From contig JBKBKN010000020.1 of NCBI GenBank assembly GCA_046294625.1, positions 1 through 64,000 on the forward strand: 64,000 nucleotides of DNA, in the 5' to 3' direction. A program made the position numbers and the translations under genes. The first letter of the stretch is position 1. Each line of letters begins with the position of its first letter. Positions 9,487-18,635 of this stretch are shown piece by piece. The stretch comes from Flavobacteriales bacterium (GTDB lineage: Bacteria > Bacteroidota > Bacteroidia > M30B66). The notes beneath the pieces are model-generated. The model was not told where the DNA came from and searched no databases. It saw only the letters and a list, made by a program, of their open reading frames with translations.

Positions 9487-12400
9487 TTAACGTTTCAAAG
9501 TCACCGTTCCTGTTCGGGTAAAGAATTGTCCGCTTTCCCAGGTGAGTTCAATCAAATAGGCATAAACGTCAATCATGGCAGGTCTGCCATCGGGTCTTTT
9601 TCCATCCCAAACATCGCCCAGTTCGGTGGCATGTGCAAGCAGAATGCCTCTACGGTCATAAACATATACGTCTATTTTACGTATTCCTGTACCAAAAACC
9701 TGCAATACATCATTTAAGCCATCAGCGTTTGGTGTGAAAGTATTTGGGATATAAACAGCCCTTTTATCTAAAATACAAATCCTTTCGGTGTGGTCACTTT
9801 TGCAGCCATTTGCGTCGAAAATCAAAAGGTTAACATTAAACTCGCCTGGTTCGGTAAATTCATGGGAAGGAGTAAAAAAAGGTTCGTAAGAGTAGGTGGT
9901 TTGATCTCCCATATCCCAACTTCCTGTCAAACCACCGGAGCTTTGATCTATCAGGCTAATAAATCGCTGATCGAACTCAAGACATTGGGCTGAATTTGGG
10001 TTAATTAAAAAGTTTGCAATCACCGGAGGATGAGCAGGTAGAGTGAAGATAGTATCTTTTTTACAACCTGAAACCGGATCTGAGATTTCTAAGCCATAAG
10101 GGGTGCCAGCTTGTCCATTCAAGGTGTTACCTGTGAATGTTTGATTGCCTCTTCGCCAGATGATATTGAGATTGGGATCGCTTATTTCAATACTGGCCGT
10201 TGAAGGATCGCCAAAACACTTGATATCGTTAACAGTGAGCGTATATTCGATTGCATTGGCTACAAATATGGCGAAGGTATCGTTCACTACGGTGCAACCA
10301 TCACTAATGGTGACAATGTAATTTGTGCTTGTTGACGGATTAACGATTTGTTGCGAAACCGCAGGAAGTTCGTTGTTCCACTGAAAGGTGATTAAGCTTC
10401 CATTGCCGCCAAAAGCATTGACTTGAATATTGGCAAAATCACCTGCACATAGTGTGTCTCTGCTAATTACAGATGTAAAGTTAACACGCGGGAATACCAG
10501 AACATCTGTGGTACTTGTAGCCTGACAGAATCCTTCGCCTATTATATACTGTATTGTATGTAATCCGGCATCAGCAAGCAATGGATTGAAGCTATTTGCT
10601 ATCACTCCCGGCCCACTAAATATCCCGCCCGGAGGCTGAGCGGAGAGAGCAATCAATGTATCTCTAAAACACTGCGGATCAACAGGAGAAATGATGGCTG
10701 CTGCAAAATTACCTACTTCTATAGCGATTTGGTCTGTGCACCCGTTTGGGCTAGTATAGGTGATGATATGGCTCCCTACTCCGGCAACCGTTGGTGCGAA
10801 AATTCCCAAATCTGAGTTAGTAATTCCTGTCCCGCTGAACTGCCCACCTGCTGCATAATCTAGTAATGGGAGCTCAAAAGGGGGATTTAACTCACAAACA
10901 TTTTCTACCGCAATCAGCATTTCATCATACACGATCACTTGCATAGTGTCAGAACAAGTATTGGCTGAGTAGGTTAAAGTGAAAACCCCTTGACCGGCTA
11001 TTTCAGGATTAAAAAGAAAGGTGTTTTGCGGACCTGTTAGAGTACCTGCCCCTGTCCATACTCCGTTTGGAGGGACTATACTTGTATTATCATTGTTTAA
11101 ATTCAAAGCATCATCACCTACACAAAAGCGTAGCAGATCTTCTCCAATTACAGTTTGGCGCACTCTGGCTATAATCTGGTCTTCGCAACCATTGGGTAGG
11201 GTATAGGTCAAAGTAGCATTTGCATTGCCATTGTTAAAGGCTGGATTAAATAATCCATTGATAGGATCAATAATACCATTGCCTGACCAGACTCCGCCTG
11301 TTGGTGAAAACCCAGTAATTTGGATGAACTCTTGAGAAGGGCAAGCAAAGAAATTACTTCCGGCATCAATGGCTTTTACAAAAATGTCAAATTGGGCATT
11401 GCATCCGTTTATGGCATATGTAATCAGGTGCAAGCCACCACCAGCTTCATCGGCCGAAAATATTCCTGAAAAAGGATCTGTGATACCGTTGCCAGTCCAA
11501 ACGCCTCCTGGTGGTTGAAGTGCAAAAGCAAACTCCTGTTCTGATTGACAAATGCTATCTGTCTGAGCAGGAACATTGGTAATGAAATCCACAAATACCA
11601 TTTTTACATCGCTACAACCATTGAACGTGTAGGTGATTTCATAAGCGCCCTGAGCCTGTGGGTCAAACAAACCAGTGCTATTGGTAAATAGGCCACTCCA
11701 TGTTCCGCCTTCGGGAATGTTTCCAGTCAGTTGAAAAGGGTCAGATCCGGGGCAAGCCGCTTCATCAAACCCTGCTGAGATAGGCCTAAGATCAATAAAC
11801 ATAGTATCTGCGCAAAAAAAGTTGCTGCTGTAGAAGTAGGCATATTGAATGAGGTTCAAGCCAGGGTTGGCGCTATCTGGGTCAAAGATTCCTTGCACTT
11901 GGTCTATTATGCCGCTCCCCGACCAAAAGCCATCCAATGGGGAGCCGTTGAGTTGAAGGGGATCGTCTGACTGGCATAGCGTAAGGTCATTTCCTGCAAT
12001 TGTTTTTGGGAATAGGGTGATACTTTTTGAAGCCGAAGCCGGAAGGGCGGGAGATGTGTCATCAACAGTTACAGTGTAGGTGGTGTTGGAAACTGGACAA
12101 ACCAAATGTGGACCAAATGTGGGTGGAAGGCCGTTACTCCATGAAAAGGTATATTGCCCATTGCCTCCGGACGCCAAAGCACTGAGATAGGTGCATTGAT
12201 CAGCGCATAAACTGTCCTGCTCAGCAATTATGATAACTTCAATTGGACAGTCGAATATATCGATTTGAAAAGTTCTTTGAAATAACCATAAACTATCACA
12301 GGCATCAAGGTGTCGGTAAGTGTAAACCACCTGATAGCTTCCACCTACTGTCAAGCCCGGATTTAGCGTGAGCGAAGCTCCTGATGTTAAGCCCTGATTG

Positions 12401-13002
12401 CAAGATAATGCTTGTGCATTCACCACTGTTGCATTGGCGGGTCCGCTAATCGAAAAAACGCCTGCATAAACGGAATCGCATTTTACAGGATTGCTGAAAT
12501 TGACATTGATCACCGTCTGATTGCATGCAGGCAAGGCTGTGGAGGCAGTAATATTAGGTGGTATGGGTGGAATGATTTCTGTGCTCCAATCGGCTATCCA
12601 ACCAAAACAGGCCACATTGGCATCGCTCCTGAAATTCAAGGTCATGCAGCCACTCAACGCGGTCACGGGAGCAGGAATGCTATTGCCGGTGAGCGTTGGT
12701 CCTAGTTGTGGCGAGTTCATGTTAGGACCGTCAAATATCCTGAGCGAGTCAAAGCCGGCTTCTACACAAAAACTAAGGAAATTTAAGGTGATTGGGGCTG
12801 TTTGATTTACACAAATGGTAAAAGTGAGATTGGCATTATGGGAGTAATTTGCTCCAGGACCGCCATTGTCAAATAATCGACCTTTGCACTCAGTCACAAT
12901 GGTATCGCGCATGTTGAAGCTCATTTGCGAAAAACCCATTGATATGCTCCAAGATGAAATGAGCAAAAGCAGCAATAAACGATATCGAATGCAATGGCTC
13001 AT
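9487..13002 (-). CDS. Giant T9SS cargo protein: N-terminal CUB domain, seven tandem ~70-aa Cys-pair repeats, SprB-type repeats, and a type-B (gliding-motility-associated) C-terminal sorting domain
   Basis: Signal peptide MSHCIRYRLLLLLLISSWSISMGFSQ. Residues 39-140 have the CUB spacing (C...GxxxSPxYP-like...C-W-x-I...F-x-S-F-x-x-E...C-x-F-D-S-L-R-I-F-D-G...C). Repeats follow the pattern C-x-P...GG-x-W-S/T-G-x-G-I-x-D-P...G-x-F-x-P...G-x-H-x-I-T-Y-T...G-C. The C-terminus YIPNTFTPNADGLNDVLQVFG...DRRGILL...WDG matches the TIGR04131 / CHU_C-type T9SS domain. Confidence 0.75.
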   Translation of the reverse strand: MSHCIRYRLLLLLLISSWSISMGFSQMSFNMRDTIVTECKGRLFDNGGPGANYSHNANLTFTICVNQTAPITLNFLSFCVEAGFDSLRIFDGPNMNSPQLGPTLTGNSIPAPVTALSGCMTLNFRSDANVACFGWIADWSTEIIPPIPPNITASTALPACNQTVINVNFSNPVKCDSVYAGVFSISGPANATVVNAQALSCNQGLTSGASLTLNPGLTVGGSYQVVYTYRHLDACDSLWLFQRTFQIDIFDCPIEVIIIAEQDSLCADQCTYLSALASGGNGQYTFSWSNGLPPTFGPHLVCPVSNTTYTVTVDDTSPALPASASKSITLFPKTIAGNDLTLCQSDDPLQLNGSPLDGFWSGSGIIDQVQGIFDPDSANPGLNLIQYAYFYSSNFFCADTMFIDLRPISAGFDEAACPGSDPFQLTGNIPEGGTWSGLFTNSTGLFDPQAQGAYEITYTFNGCSDVKMVFVDFITNVPAQTDSICQSEQEFAFALQPPGGVWTGNGITDPFSGIFSADEAGGGLHLITYAINGCNAQFDIFVKAIDAGSNFFACPSQEFIQITGFSPTGGVWSGNGIIDPINGLFNPAFNNGNANATLTYTLPNGCEDQIIARVRQTVIGEDLLRFCVGDDALNLNNDNTSIVPPNGVWTGAGTLTGPQNTFLFNPEIAGQGVFTLTYSANTCSDTMQVIVYDEMLIAVENVCELNPPFELPLLDYAAGGQFSGTGITNSDLGIFAPTVAGVGSHIITYTSPNGCTDQIAIEVGNFAAAIISPVDPQCFRDTLIALSAQPPGGIFSGPGVIANSFNPLLADAGLHTIQYIIGEGFCQATSTTDVLVFPRVNFTSVISRDTLCAGDFANIQVNAFGGNGSLITFQWNNELPAVSQQIVNPSTSTNYIVTISDGCTVVNDTFAIFVANAIEYTLTVNDIKCFGDPSTASIEISDPNLNIIWRRGNQTFTGNTLNGQAGTPYGLEISDPVSGCKKDTIFTLPAHPPVIANFLINPNSAQCLEFDQRFISLIDQSSGGLTGSWDMGDQTTYSYEPFFTPSHEFTEPGEFNVNLLIFDANGCKSDHTERICILDKRAVYIPNTFTPNADGLNDVLQVFGTGIRKIDVYVYDRRGILLAHATELGDVWDGKRPDGRPAMIDVYAYLIELTWESGQFFTRTGTVTLKR

Positions 13003-13463
13003 TCTCTAATGATAAGTATAGGCGTGGTTTGTATGGTTTGACTCCAATTGTTGGCGCGGTCGCGCAATTTGATCGAAAAGGTGGTTTGCTCCTGATTGCC
13101 GTTGCCAAAGAGAAAAGTCGGCTTCATTCTTATAAAAAGTTCTCCTTGTATGGATAAATTCTGCAAATCAGGAGTTAATGGCTGCACATGAAACAGATCG
13201 GCTTGCTGCAGCCTTGCATCTTGCACCCAAATAGCAGGTTCATCAGGGTCTTCAAAGCCAATGTCTCCATCCTGATCTTCATAGCGTATGCGAATTATCA
13301 CGGAATCGCGAAATTGAACAACCGTGTCAGGCGTGATGGAAATAAAGTTGATAACCGGTGCAGTGCCTGCAGCCGTTTCTTCTTTTTTACAAGATGAAAT
13401 CATTGTGATAAGCATAATGAATAGTGAAGATAATGCGAAATGTTTCACAAGTTGGTACATCAA
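12999..13463 (-). CDS. Small lipoprotein, hypothetical
   Basis: Lipoprotein signal with lipobox ...ITMISSCKKEE. Has 4-nt ATGA overlaps with both neighbours. Confidence 0.5.
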   Translation of the reverse strand: MMYQLVKHFALSSLFIMLITMISSCKKEETAAGTAPVINFISITPDTVVQFRDSVIIRIRYEDQDGDIGFEDPDEPAIWVQDARLQQADLFHVQPLTPDLQNLSIQGELFIRMKPTFLFGNGNQEQTTFSIKLRDRANNWSQTIQTTPILIIRE

Positions 13464-14401
13464 TTTCTTTCTAGGGAATAATATTGTTTTACGTGAGCTG
13501 CACTTCCATTATTAGGCATTTCAATTGTAGCGTCATTTTCATTTACTTTAATTTGAAGCCGGACATAAGAAAGATTCGAAGGAAGCTGATTGACATTCAC
13601 CGTTATTTTAAAGGAGTAGGGCATGGGATTGCCTGAGAAACCAGGCCAGTTTTGAGTGCTTGCAATTTGAAGAGATTGACCCGCGCTTTGCGGAAAATTA
13701 TTAATATCGCTCGAAAAATAGGCTTGATTGAAAGCTAAATCGGACGCAGAAGAATTTCCGCTAACTATCGCAAACCATAAATCAATCGAGCTCACTCCTG
13801 TAGGTATTTGAATGGCGCTATTTTGAGTTGATCGGGAAAGTGCTTGATTGCTTCCGGGCAAGGTAGCCACCATTCCCGTTAATTGGATGGGTGCGGCTGC
13901 TTGTTGCGGGGTGTTGCCAAAAATATCACGTGCTCCATTTTGAATCCAGTTGTAGATATTACTGATGTATTCCTGATTTTTCGCTTCCCAGTCTGAATCC
14001 GGCTCTATCGATAGGGGCATAATACCCGATTGGCCGTCAATATCTTCAATTAAGCGTTTATAGAATTGCGACAATTGAACATTTCCCGGAATGACTCTGT
14101 AGGTGTAAATACCCTGCGGATTGTTTTTAATCACGGGATGATAAACTAAAGTATTGTATGATGATTCCACGGTGCGAAAGTCAGGCTCAAAGGTTCCATC
14201 GTGGCAACCTGAATTGGCACAGGTAGGTTTTAAAATTCTTTGATGGATTCCTGCAATGGAGTTTGGATCAATCGTTGGCTCTCCATTGTTTCCGTTGCCA
14301 TTGTTATTGTTTGATAGACTATATGGATTAATATATTCTTCCTTTTTACAGGAAGTAATTACTATCAATAAGATCAGACCTATGGATGCAATGATTTTCA
14401 T
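13460..14401 (-). CDS. Lipoprotein with CX3CH motif (possible haem- or metal-binding, PSCyt-like)
   Basis: Lipobox LLIVITSCKKEE and a poly-N/G linker, then RILKPTCANSGCHDGTFEPDF. Has 4-nt overlaps on both sides. Confidence 0.45.
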   Translation of the reverse strand: MKIIASIGLILLIVITSCKKEEYINPYSLSNNNNGNGNNGEPTIDPNSIAGIHQRILKPTCANSGCHDGTFEPDFRTVESSYNTLVYHPVIKNNPQGIYTYRVIPGNVQLSQFYKRLIEDIDGQSGIMPLSIEPDSDWEAKNQEYISNIYNWIQNGARDIFGNTPQQAAAPIQLTGMVATLPGSNQALSRSTQNSAIQIPTGVSSIDLWFAIVSGNSSASDLAFNQAYFSSDINNFPQSAGQSLQIASTQNWPGFSGNPMPYSFKITVNVNQLPSNLSYVRLQIKVNENDATIEMPNNGSAAHVKQYYSLERN

Positions 14402-15792
14402 ATTCTGTCAAATAATGATTGAGAGCCACCTTGCAGAAATCCCGATGATAATACTTCTTGTTTAACACCCAGGATTTCTGAAATAGTTGGCACGCCATCA
14501 GATGTAAGTCCAATAGGATTATTTTCACTACCTATTGAAAGATTTGAAGGCACATTTGGTCCTGCCATGATTCCAAAAACTCTTTCCGCATTAGCATCGC
14601 TATGATCATAGGCAAACCAGTCATTTTGATCGCGAATGGGATTATGATTCAAGTTTCTTCCACACTCAGGCATGGCAATGATGATGGTATTTCCTGCCAT
14701 CTCGGGCACCTGAGTTTGAATGAAATTCCAAAGGTGACCAACCGCATGATCGGCACGGTGCAATGCCCTTAAATAGCTTGTAAAATTGCTGTGACAACCA
14801 TCAACGTCGTTCATGTTGATTACAGTTAGATTGGGCTTAAACCAACGAAGCAGCTCACAAGCAAAACCGACTGTTCGCGTGTCGTTTGTATCGTTGACCC
14901 CGGGGAAAGGGATAGCTTGCTGTTGCACCCTGGTAAATACTGAATTCATGAATTGTTTGATATTGTATTTCTCCTCGTCAGTGTTACCTAATGCATCTAA
15001 TCCTGTTCCCATTCTATCGAAACTATTGTCGAGAAAAAGTTTCATCTTATAAACCGGATCAAGTTCATATTCCGGGTGATAGGCTTTTGCATTGGCAAGG
15101 TGCATTTGTCCGAGTTGGCCGAATGTGATTCCCGGTGCAAAAAAATTAGCCCCAAACCTAGCTCCATAATCTGGGTGACTGCTGTGATTGAGCAATGGAA
15201 CTGAATTGTTGATGCCATTCCCCACAAACCAAACTTTAGAAGCCGGATAGCCACCATGTCGACGTATGTATTCAAAAATAGTTGGATTTACAGGCTTTTG
15301 TTTCAATCCCTGAGTGGTTACCATACTCCCTTGGAGCAGCTGATTAAGCCCTCCATAATGACCGGTGGATCCAGAACGAACTTCTCTAAATAGCGTGCCT
15401 TGTGTTTGCAGAGTTTGATTGAGTATTTTTGGAATAGGTGTTCCTCCTTCAGCGCCGCCACCTTGATTGGTGCCGAACACTATCTTTTGTGAAGGAGATG
15501 GACCATTGAGCATGTTATGCATGAGGTTCCCTTCGTAGGGCTCTCCTTGACTATCGGCCAAATAGCGCTGTAAAATAGATTCCTGTTGCCTTACACCTCC
15601 TGCAAAAAGTACATAAACAACATGCTCGGCCAATTGACTTCCTGTAGCGGCAAACAATCTCCCACTGGGCAGAATGTAGGGCAGGGTAAATGCACCGGCT
15701 GTGGCAGCAGCTCCTGTTTTGATGAATTTCCTTCTGTTCATGGCTTTTGGTGTAAATGTATCAGTAGAAAAGATATTCGTCAGACAGTGCAA
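14398..15792 (-). CDS. Tat-secreted DUF1501-like protein (sulfatase / alkaline-phosphatase superfamily)
   Basis: Twin-arginine signal MNRRKFIKTGAAATAGAFTLP. It is ~460 aa with an overall pattern reminiscent of DUF1501 (C-terminal MPECGRNLNHN...DHSD). This is a family assignment from memory, not a search. Confidence 0.4.
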   Translation of the reverse strand: MHCLTNIFSTDTFTPKAMNRRKFIKTGAAATAGAFTLPYILPSGRLFAATGSQLAEHVVYVLFAGGVRQQESILQRYLADSQGEPYEGNLMHNMLNGPSPSQKIVFGTNQGGGAEGGTPIPKILNQTLQTQGTLFREVRSGSTGHYGGLNQLLQGSMVTTQGLKQKPVNPTIFEYIRRHGGYPASKVWFVGNGINNSVPLLNHSSHPDYGARFGANFFAPGITFGQLGQMHLANAKAYHPEYELDPVYKMKLFLDNSFDRMGTGLDALGNTDEEKYNIKQFMNSVFTRVQQQAIPFPGVNDTNDTRTVGFACELLRWFKPNLTVINMNDVDGCHSNFTSYLRALHRADHAVGHLWNFIQTQVPEMAGNTIIIAMPECGRNLNHNPIRDQNDWFAYDHSDANAERVFGIMAGPNVPSNLSIGSENNPIGLTSDGVPTISEILGVKQEVLSSGFLQGGSQSLFDRI

Positions 15793-16255
15793 AGGAGTAA
15801 TATACCAATTCAGCTGTCACTTGAGGGTTGGATTGAAGAAAATTTTTGAACCACTGTCGTTCAGCTTCTGTTGGTTTTCTCACAAAAAAACGTTCATAAG
15901 TCTCATCCAAAAAGGAATCGGTTTCGTTACGCATATAATCATTAGAAGGCAATATCACCCCTGGTTGGTTCATAAAGTTGCTGATAATGACTTCACGAGC
16001 CAATTCTTTGTCTCCAATTGATTCCATGCTGTTGATGATTTGCACCAATTGATTACCTGAAAGGGCGGTTTGAAAAAGATTGGTGTACAGAATAGAAATG
16101 TATTGTTCTTTCGTCTTGGGTTTGGTTTTGTTGCCGGAAAAGCCTCTTGCATCCACAGCATTCAGCTCATAAATTCGTTCCGGCTCTTTCTTGCAAGACA
16201 TAATTGCTAGCATGAAAAGCCCCACCCCCAATATTTTAAAAGTTTGCATACTCAT
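15761..16255 (-). CDS. Lipoprotein with DUF1549/DUF1800-like R-x-P-T-x-x-E motif
   Basis: Lipobox LAIMSCKKE. Contains FFVRKPTEAERQWF and ends ALSDEYLFY, the same ending as its upstream neighbour. Confidence 0.4.
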   Translation of the reverse strand: MSMQTFKILGVGLFMLAIMSCKKEPERIYELNAVDARGFSGNKTKPKTKEQYISILYTNLFQTALSGNQLVQIINSMESIGDKELAREVIISNFMNQPGVILPSNDYMRNETDSFLDETYERFFVRKPTEAERQWFKNFLQSNPQVTAELVYYSFALSDEYLFY

Positions 16256-17144
16256 CGCTCATCATCATTTGGGTTTGAATGTGTTGTAGATTTTTATTGA
16301 CAAAAAATGCATTCAGGTATTGATCAATCTCCGCTGTACTTGGTTGTCGCGCCAATAAGGTGGTGTAAAGCCAAATGATGACACCTTGATGGGCTTCACG
16401 TGCATTAATCATGATTTGAATGAAATCTGATTTATTGATTCCAGGCATTTGAAAGAGTGTCCCGGCTTGGTCATTTTCAACCATTTCATAAGCAATTAAA
16501 AACTCAGTTTGTGTGGGAAAACGAAACAGCAAGTCATTAAAGGCTGCATTCACAAAGTTGAAGGCATTCATGTTAATAAAATCATAAATACTATTTTGGA
16601 GCATGTAGGCATACATTTGCATGATATTGATTTCACCTTGCTGATAACGCAGCCTCGATTCAACAACATTTTTAAGGTTATTAGCTTCAAGTAGTGCTTC
16701 CGACGCTGAAACCATATTTCCGCCCAGTGAGTCACTTAGATAGCGCTGGAGAAAAATATTTCTTTCGTCTTGTATATATTGATCTGATGCTCCTTCAAGA
16801 AATCGAATTTTACTCAACTCATAAATTCTTTTGAAGTAAGCCAATTGATATGAACTGTCTCCTTCCACATATTCTGTGGAGGACATCAACATTTCGATAA
16901 GCGACTTTCGGCTTTCATTGCTCAAATTTGCACTTCGCAAACGAGCCACTTCCTGATCCATTTCTATATTATTAGGCTCTCTTCCGATGAGATCTATAAA
17001 TATACGGTTCACATAATTTCTGATTTTCACTGTAGGCACCTTGCTGTAATCAGGTATTTGATTATCGGGCATTACAACAATTTCTTCCTGACATGAAGAG
17101 AAAAGAATCAAACAACCAACCAACACATAGAAAAAGCGCTTCAT
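16236..17144 (-). CDS. Lipoprotein with two copies of the DUF1549/DUF1800-like motif
   Basis: Lipobox ILFSSCQEE. Contains RIFIDLIGREPNNIEMDQ and LLARQPSTAEIDQYLNAF, and ends MSDEYANF. It is the first gene of the coupled operon. Confidence 0.4.
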   Translation of the reverse strand: MKRFFYVLVGCLILFSSCQEEIVVMPDNQIPDYSKVPTVKIRNYVNRIFIDLIGREPNNIEMDQEVARLRSANLSNESRKSLIEMLMSSTEYVEGDSSYQLAYFKRIYELSKIRFLEGASDQYIQDERNIFLQRYLSDSLGGNMVSASEALLEANNLKNVVESRLRYQQGEINIMQMYAYMLQNSIYDFINMNAFNFVNAAFNDLLFRFPTQTEFLIAYEMVENDQAGTLFQMPGINKSDFIQIMINAREAHQGVIIWLYTTLLARQPSTAEIDQYLNAFFVNKNLQHIQTQMMMSDEYANF

Positions 17145-17246
17145 TTTTTATGAGTTCTTCTTTGCTAAATTAAGCATTATCGTATTGATAATGTAGCTGT
17201 TTGCAGAAACTGTAAGAAAACTGTAAAATTAGGCTTCCAAGTGGTG

Positions 17247-17615
17247 CTAATCTCTAAAGGCAAAATAGACCGCCAAAATCAGAAACATAAATGAAATGGC
17301 ATAATTCCAAGTGAGTTTTTCGGATTTAAAAAAGTAAACTGCAATCACAGTAAATACACTGAGCGAAATCACTTCCTGCAGTACCTTAAGCTGAAAAAGA
17401 TTAAAAGGACCACCGTGTCCTTCATGGCCAAGCCTATTGGCAGGTACTTGAAATATGTACTCAAAAAGAGCCAAACCCCAACTAAATAAAATGACCCCAA
17501 GCATCCCCCATTTGTGCAGCCAAGTACTTTCTTTCATTTGCAAATGACCATACCATGCCAATGTCATAAAGATATTAGAAATTATTAATAATGCAATTGA
17601 CCAAATCCCCTTCAT
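17247..17615 (-). CDS. Small DMT-superfamily membrane protein (DUF486-like)
   Basis: 122 aa with 4 TM helices and a half-size EamA-like topology. Confidence 0.35.
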   Translation of the reverse strand: MKGIWSIALLIISNIFMTLAWYGHLQMKESTWLHKWGMLGVILFSWGLALFEYIFQVPANRLGHEGHGGPFNLFQLKVLQEVISLSVFTVIAVYFFKSEKLTWNYAISFMFLILAVYFAFRD

Positions 17616-17626
17616 TTATTCCCGTA

Positions 17627-18472
17627 TTATGAATTCACGTTACTATGTCTTGCATGCGTATCATACCAGCCAGGAGTGGCATTTCGTGTTAGGAATTGCA
17701 CCATTCTTCTCAATATCTTTAGTAAGATAAATCGCTTTATTTTACTGTGGTCACCCCAAAGTTTATATCCAATAAATATGGATTCGTATTTGCTGATAGC
17801 TTGATTTTTATTTAGCCATTTTCTGCCAAGGTCTTTACCAAAAGGCCCGGTTGATCCATGTTCAAAATAATGCCCAAGAAATTTTCCTTCCCCATTTTCT
17901 CTTTTCTCTTTCTGTCGCGTAATATTGCCTTGATTCACAATTTGGAATGCATTATAGCCCAAGGCATCAAAGAGTTGAAATTCGGCCTTAATGTTATCCA
18001 TGCTCACTTTATCAGACTCGATTGAAATGTAATCAGGTTTATTGTCGAAATGCAACAAACTTTTTAGACAAACAGTATCCATTCCTTCAATGTCAATTTT
18101 CATGTAATAAGGGATACCATATAATCTTAGACATTCGGCAAAATCAATCGCTTTTACTTCAATGACTTCACTCTGTGCTCCAAGTTTTACATTACGTTCT
18201 GACCAGTCCTGCACTACTGTGCCCCAAACAGTATTTTTATTGTTTTTGTAAAATCTAACTACATCCCCTGCCTTTATATTTTCAACTATTGCACCTTCTA
18301 CTATCCTGAGTTGACCTGACGAGATTTCTTTTGCAAATTTTTGTTTACAGCTCTTTATTAAATCAGGATCTGCTTCGAAGGCCACCACTTTAAATCCTTT
18401 TCTTAAGTAGTATCCGGTATCTTCTCCTTTATGCAGACCAACATCAAATATCAAATCCTTGTGTTTTGTCAT
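17627..18472 (-). CDS. FkbM-family methyltransferase
   Basis: Methyltransf_21 pattern DLIFDVGLHKGEDTGYYLRKGFKVVAFEADPDLI. The start is reassigned to the internal ATG at 18472 (MTKHKDLIFDVG...), because the track's longer version (to 18721) would overlap the divergent NfeD-like gene and its N-terminus has no homology sense. Confidence 0.55.
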   Translation of the reverse strand: MTKHKDLIFDVGLHKGEDTGYYLRKGFKVVAFEADPDLIKSCKQKFAKEISSGQLRIVEGAIVENIKAGDVVRFYKNNKNTVWGTVVQDWSERNVKLGAQSEVIEVKAIDFAECLRLYGIPYYMKIDIEGMDTVCLKSLLHFDNKPDYISIESDKVSMDNIKAEFQLFDALGYNAFQIVNQGNITRQKEKRENGEGKFLGHYFEHGSTGPFGKDLGRKWLNKNQAISKYESIFIGYKLWGDHSKIKRFILLKILRRMVQFLTRNATPGWYDTHARHSNVNS

Positions 18473-18635
18473 CGTACTTTCTTTGACGCCAAATGTAAGT
18501 GTTAATTCGTAAAAACATGTGTCCAACGAATATGCAAAAAGCAAATTCGACCTTAGTAGTAAAAAATATTGATAACGGGTAACGCTACTTGAAATTTCAG
18601 GTTTTTTCATTTTCTTTGAAACAAAATAATTAACC

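Noticed and set aside
15761-17144. Two overlapping lipoprotein ORFs as a single frameshifted DUF1800-like gene
   Set aside because: The downstream ORF begins with its own credible lipoprotein signal peptide (MSMQTFKILGVGLFMLAIMSCKKE). Both products end with the same SDEY motif, which indicates a tandem gene duplication rather than one broken gene.
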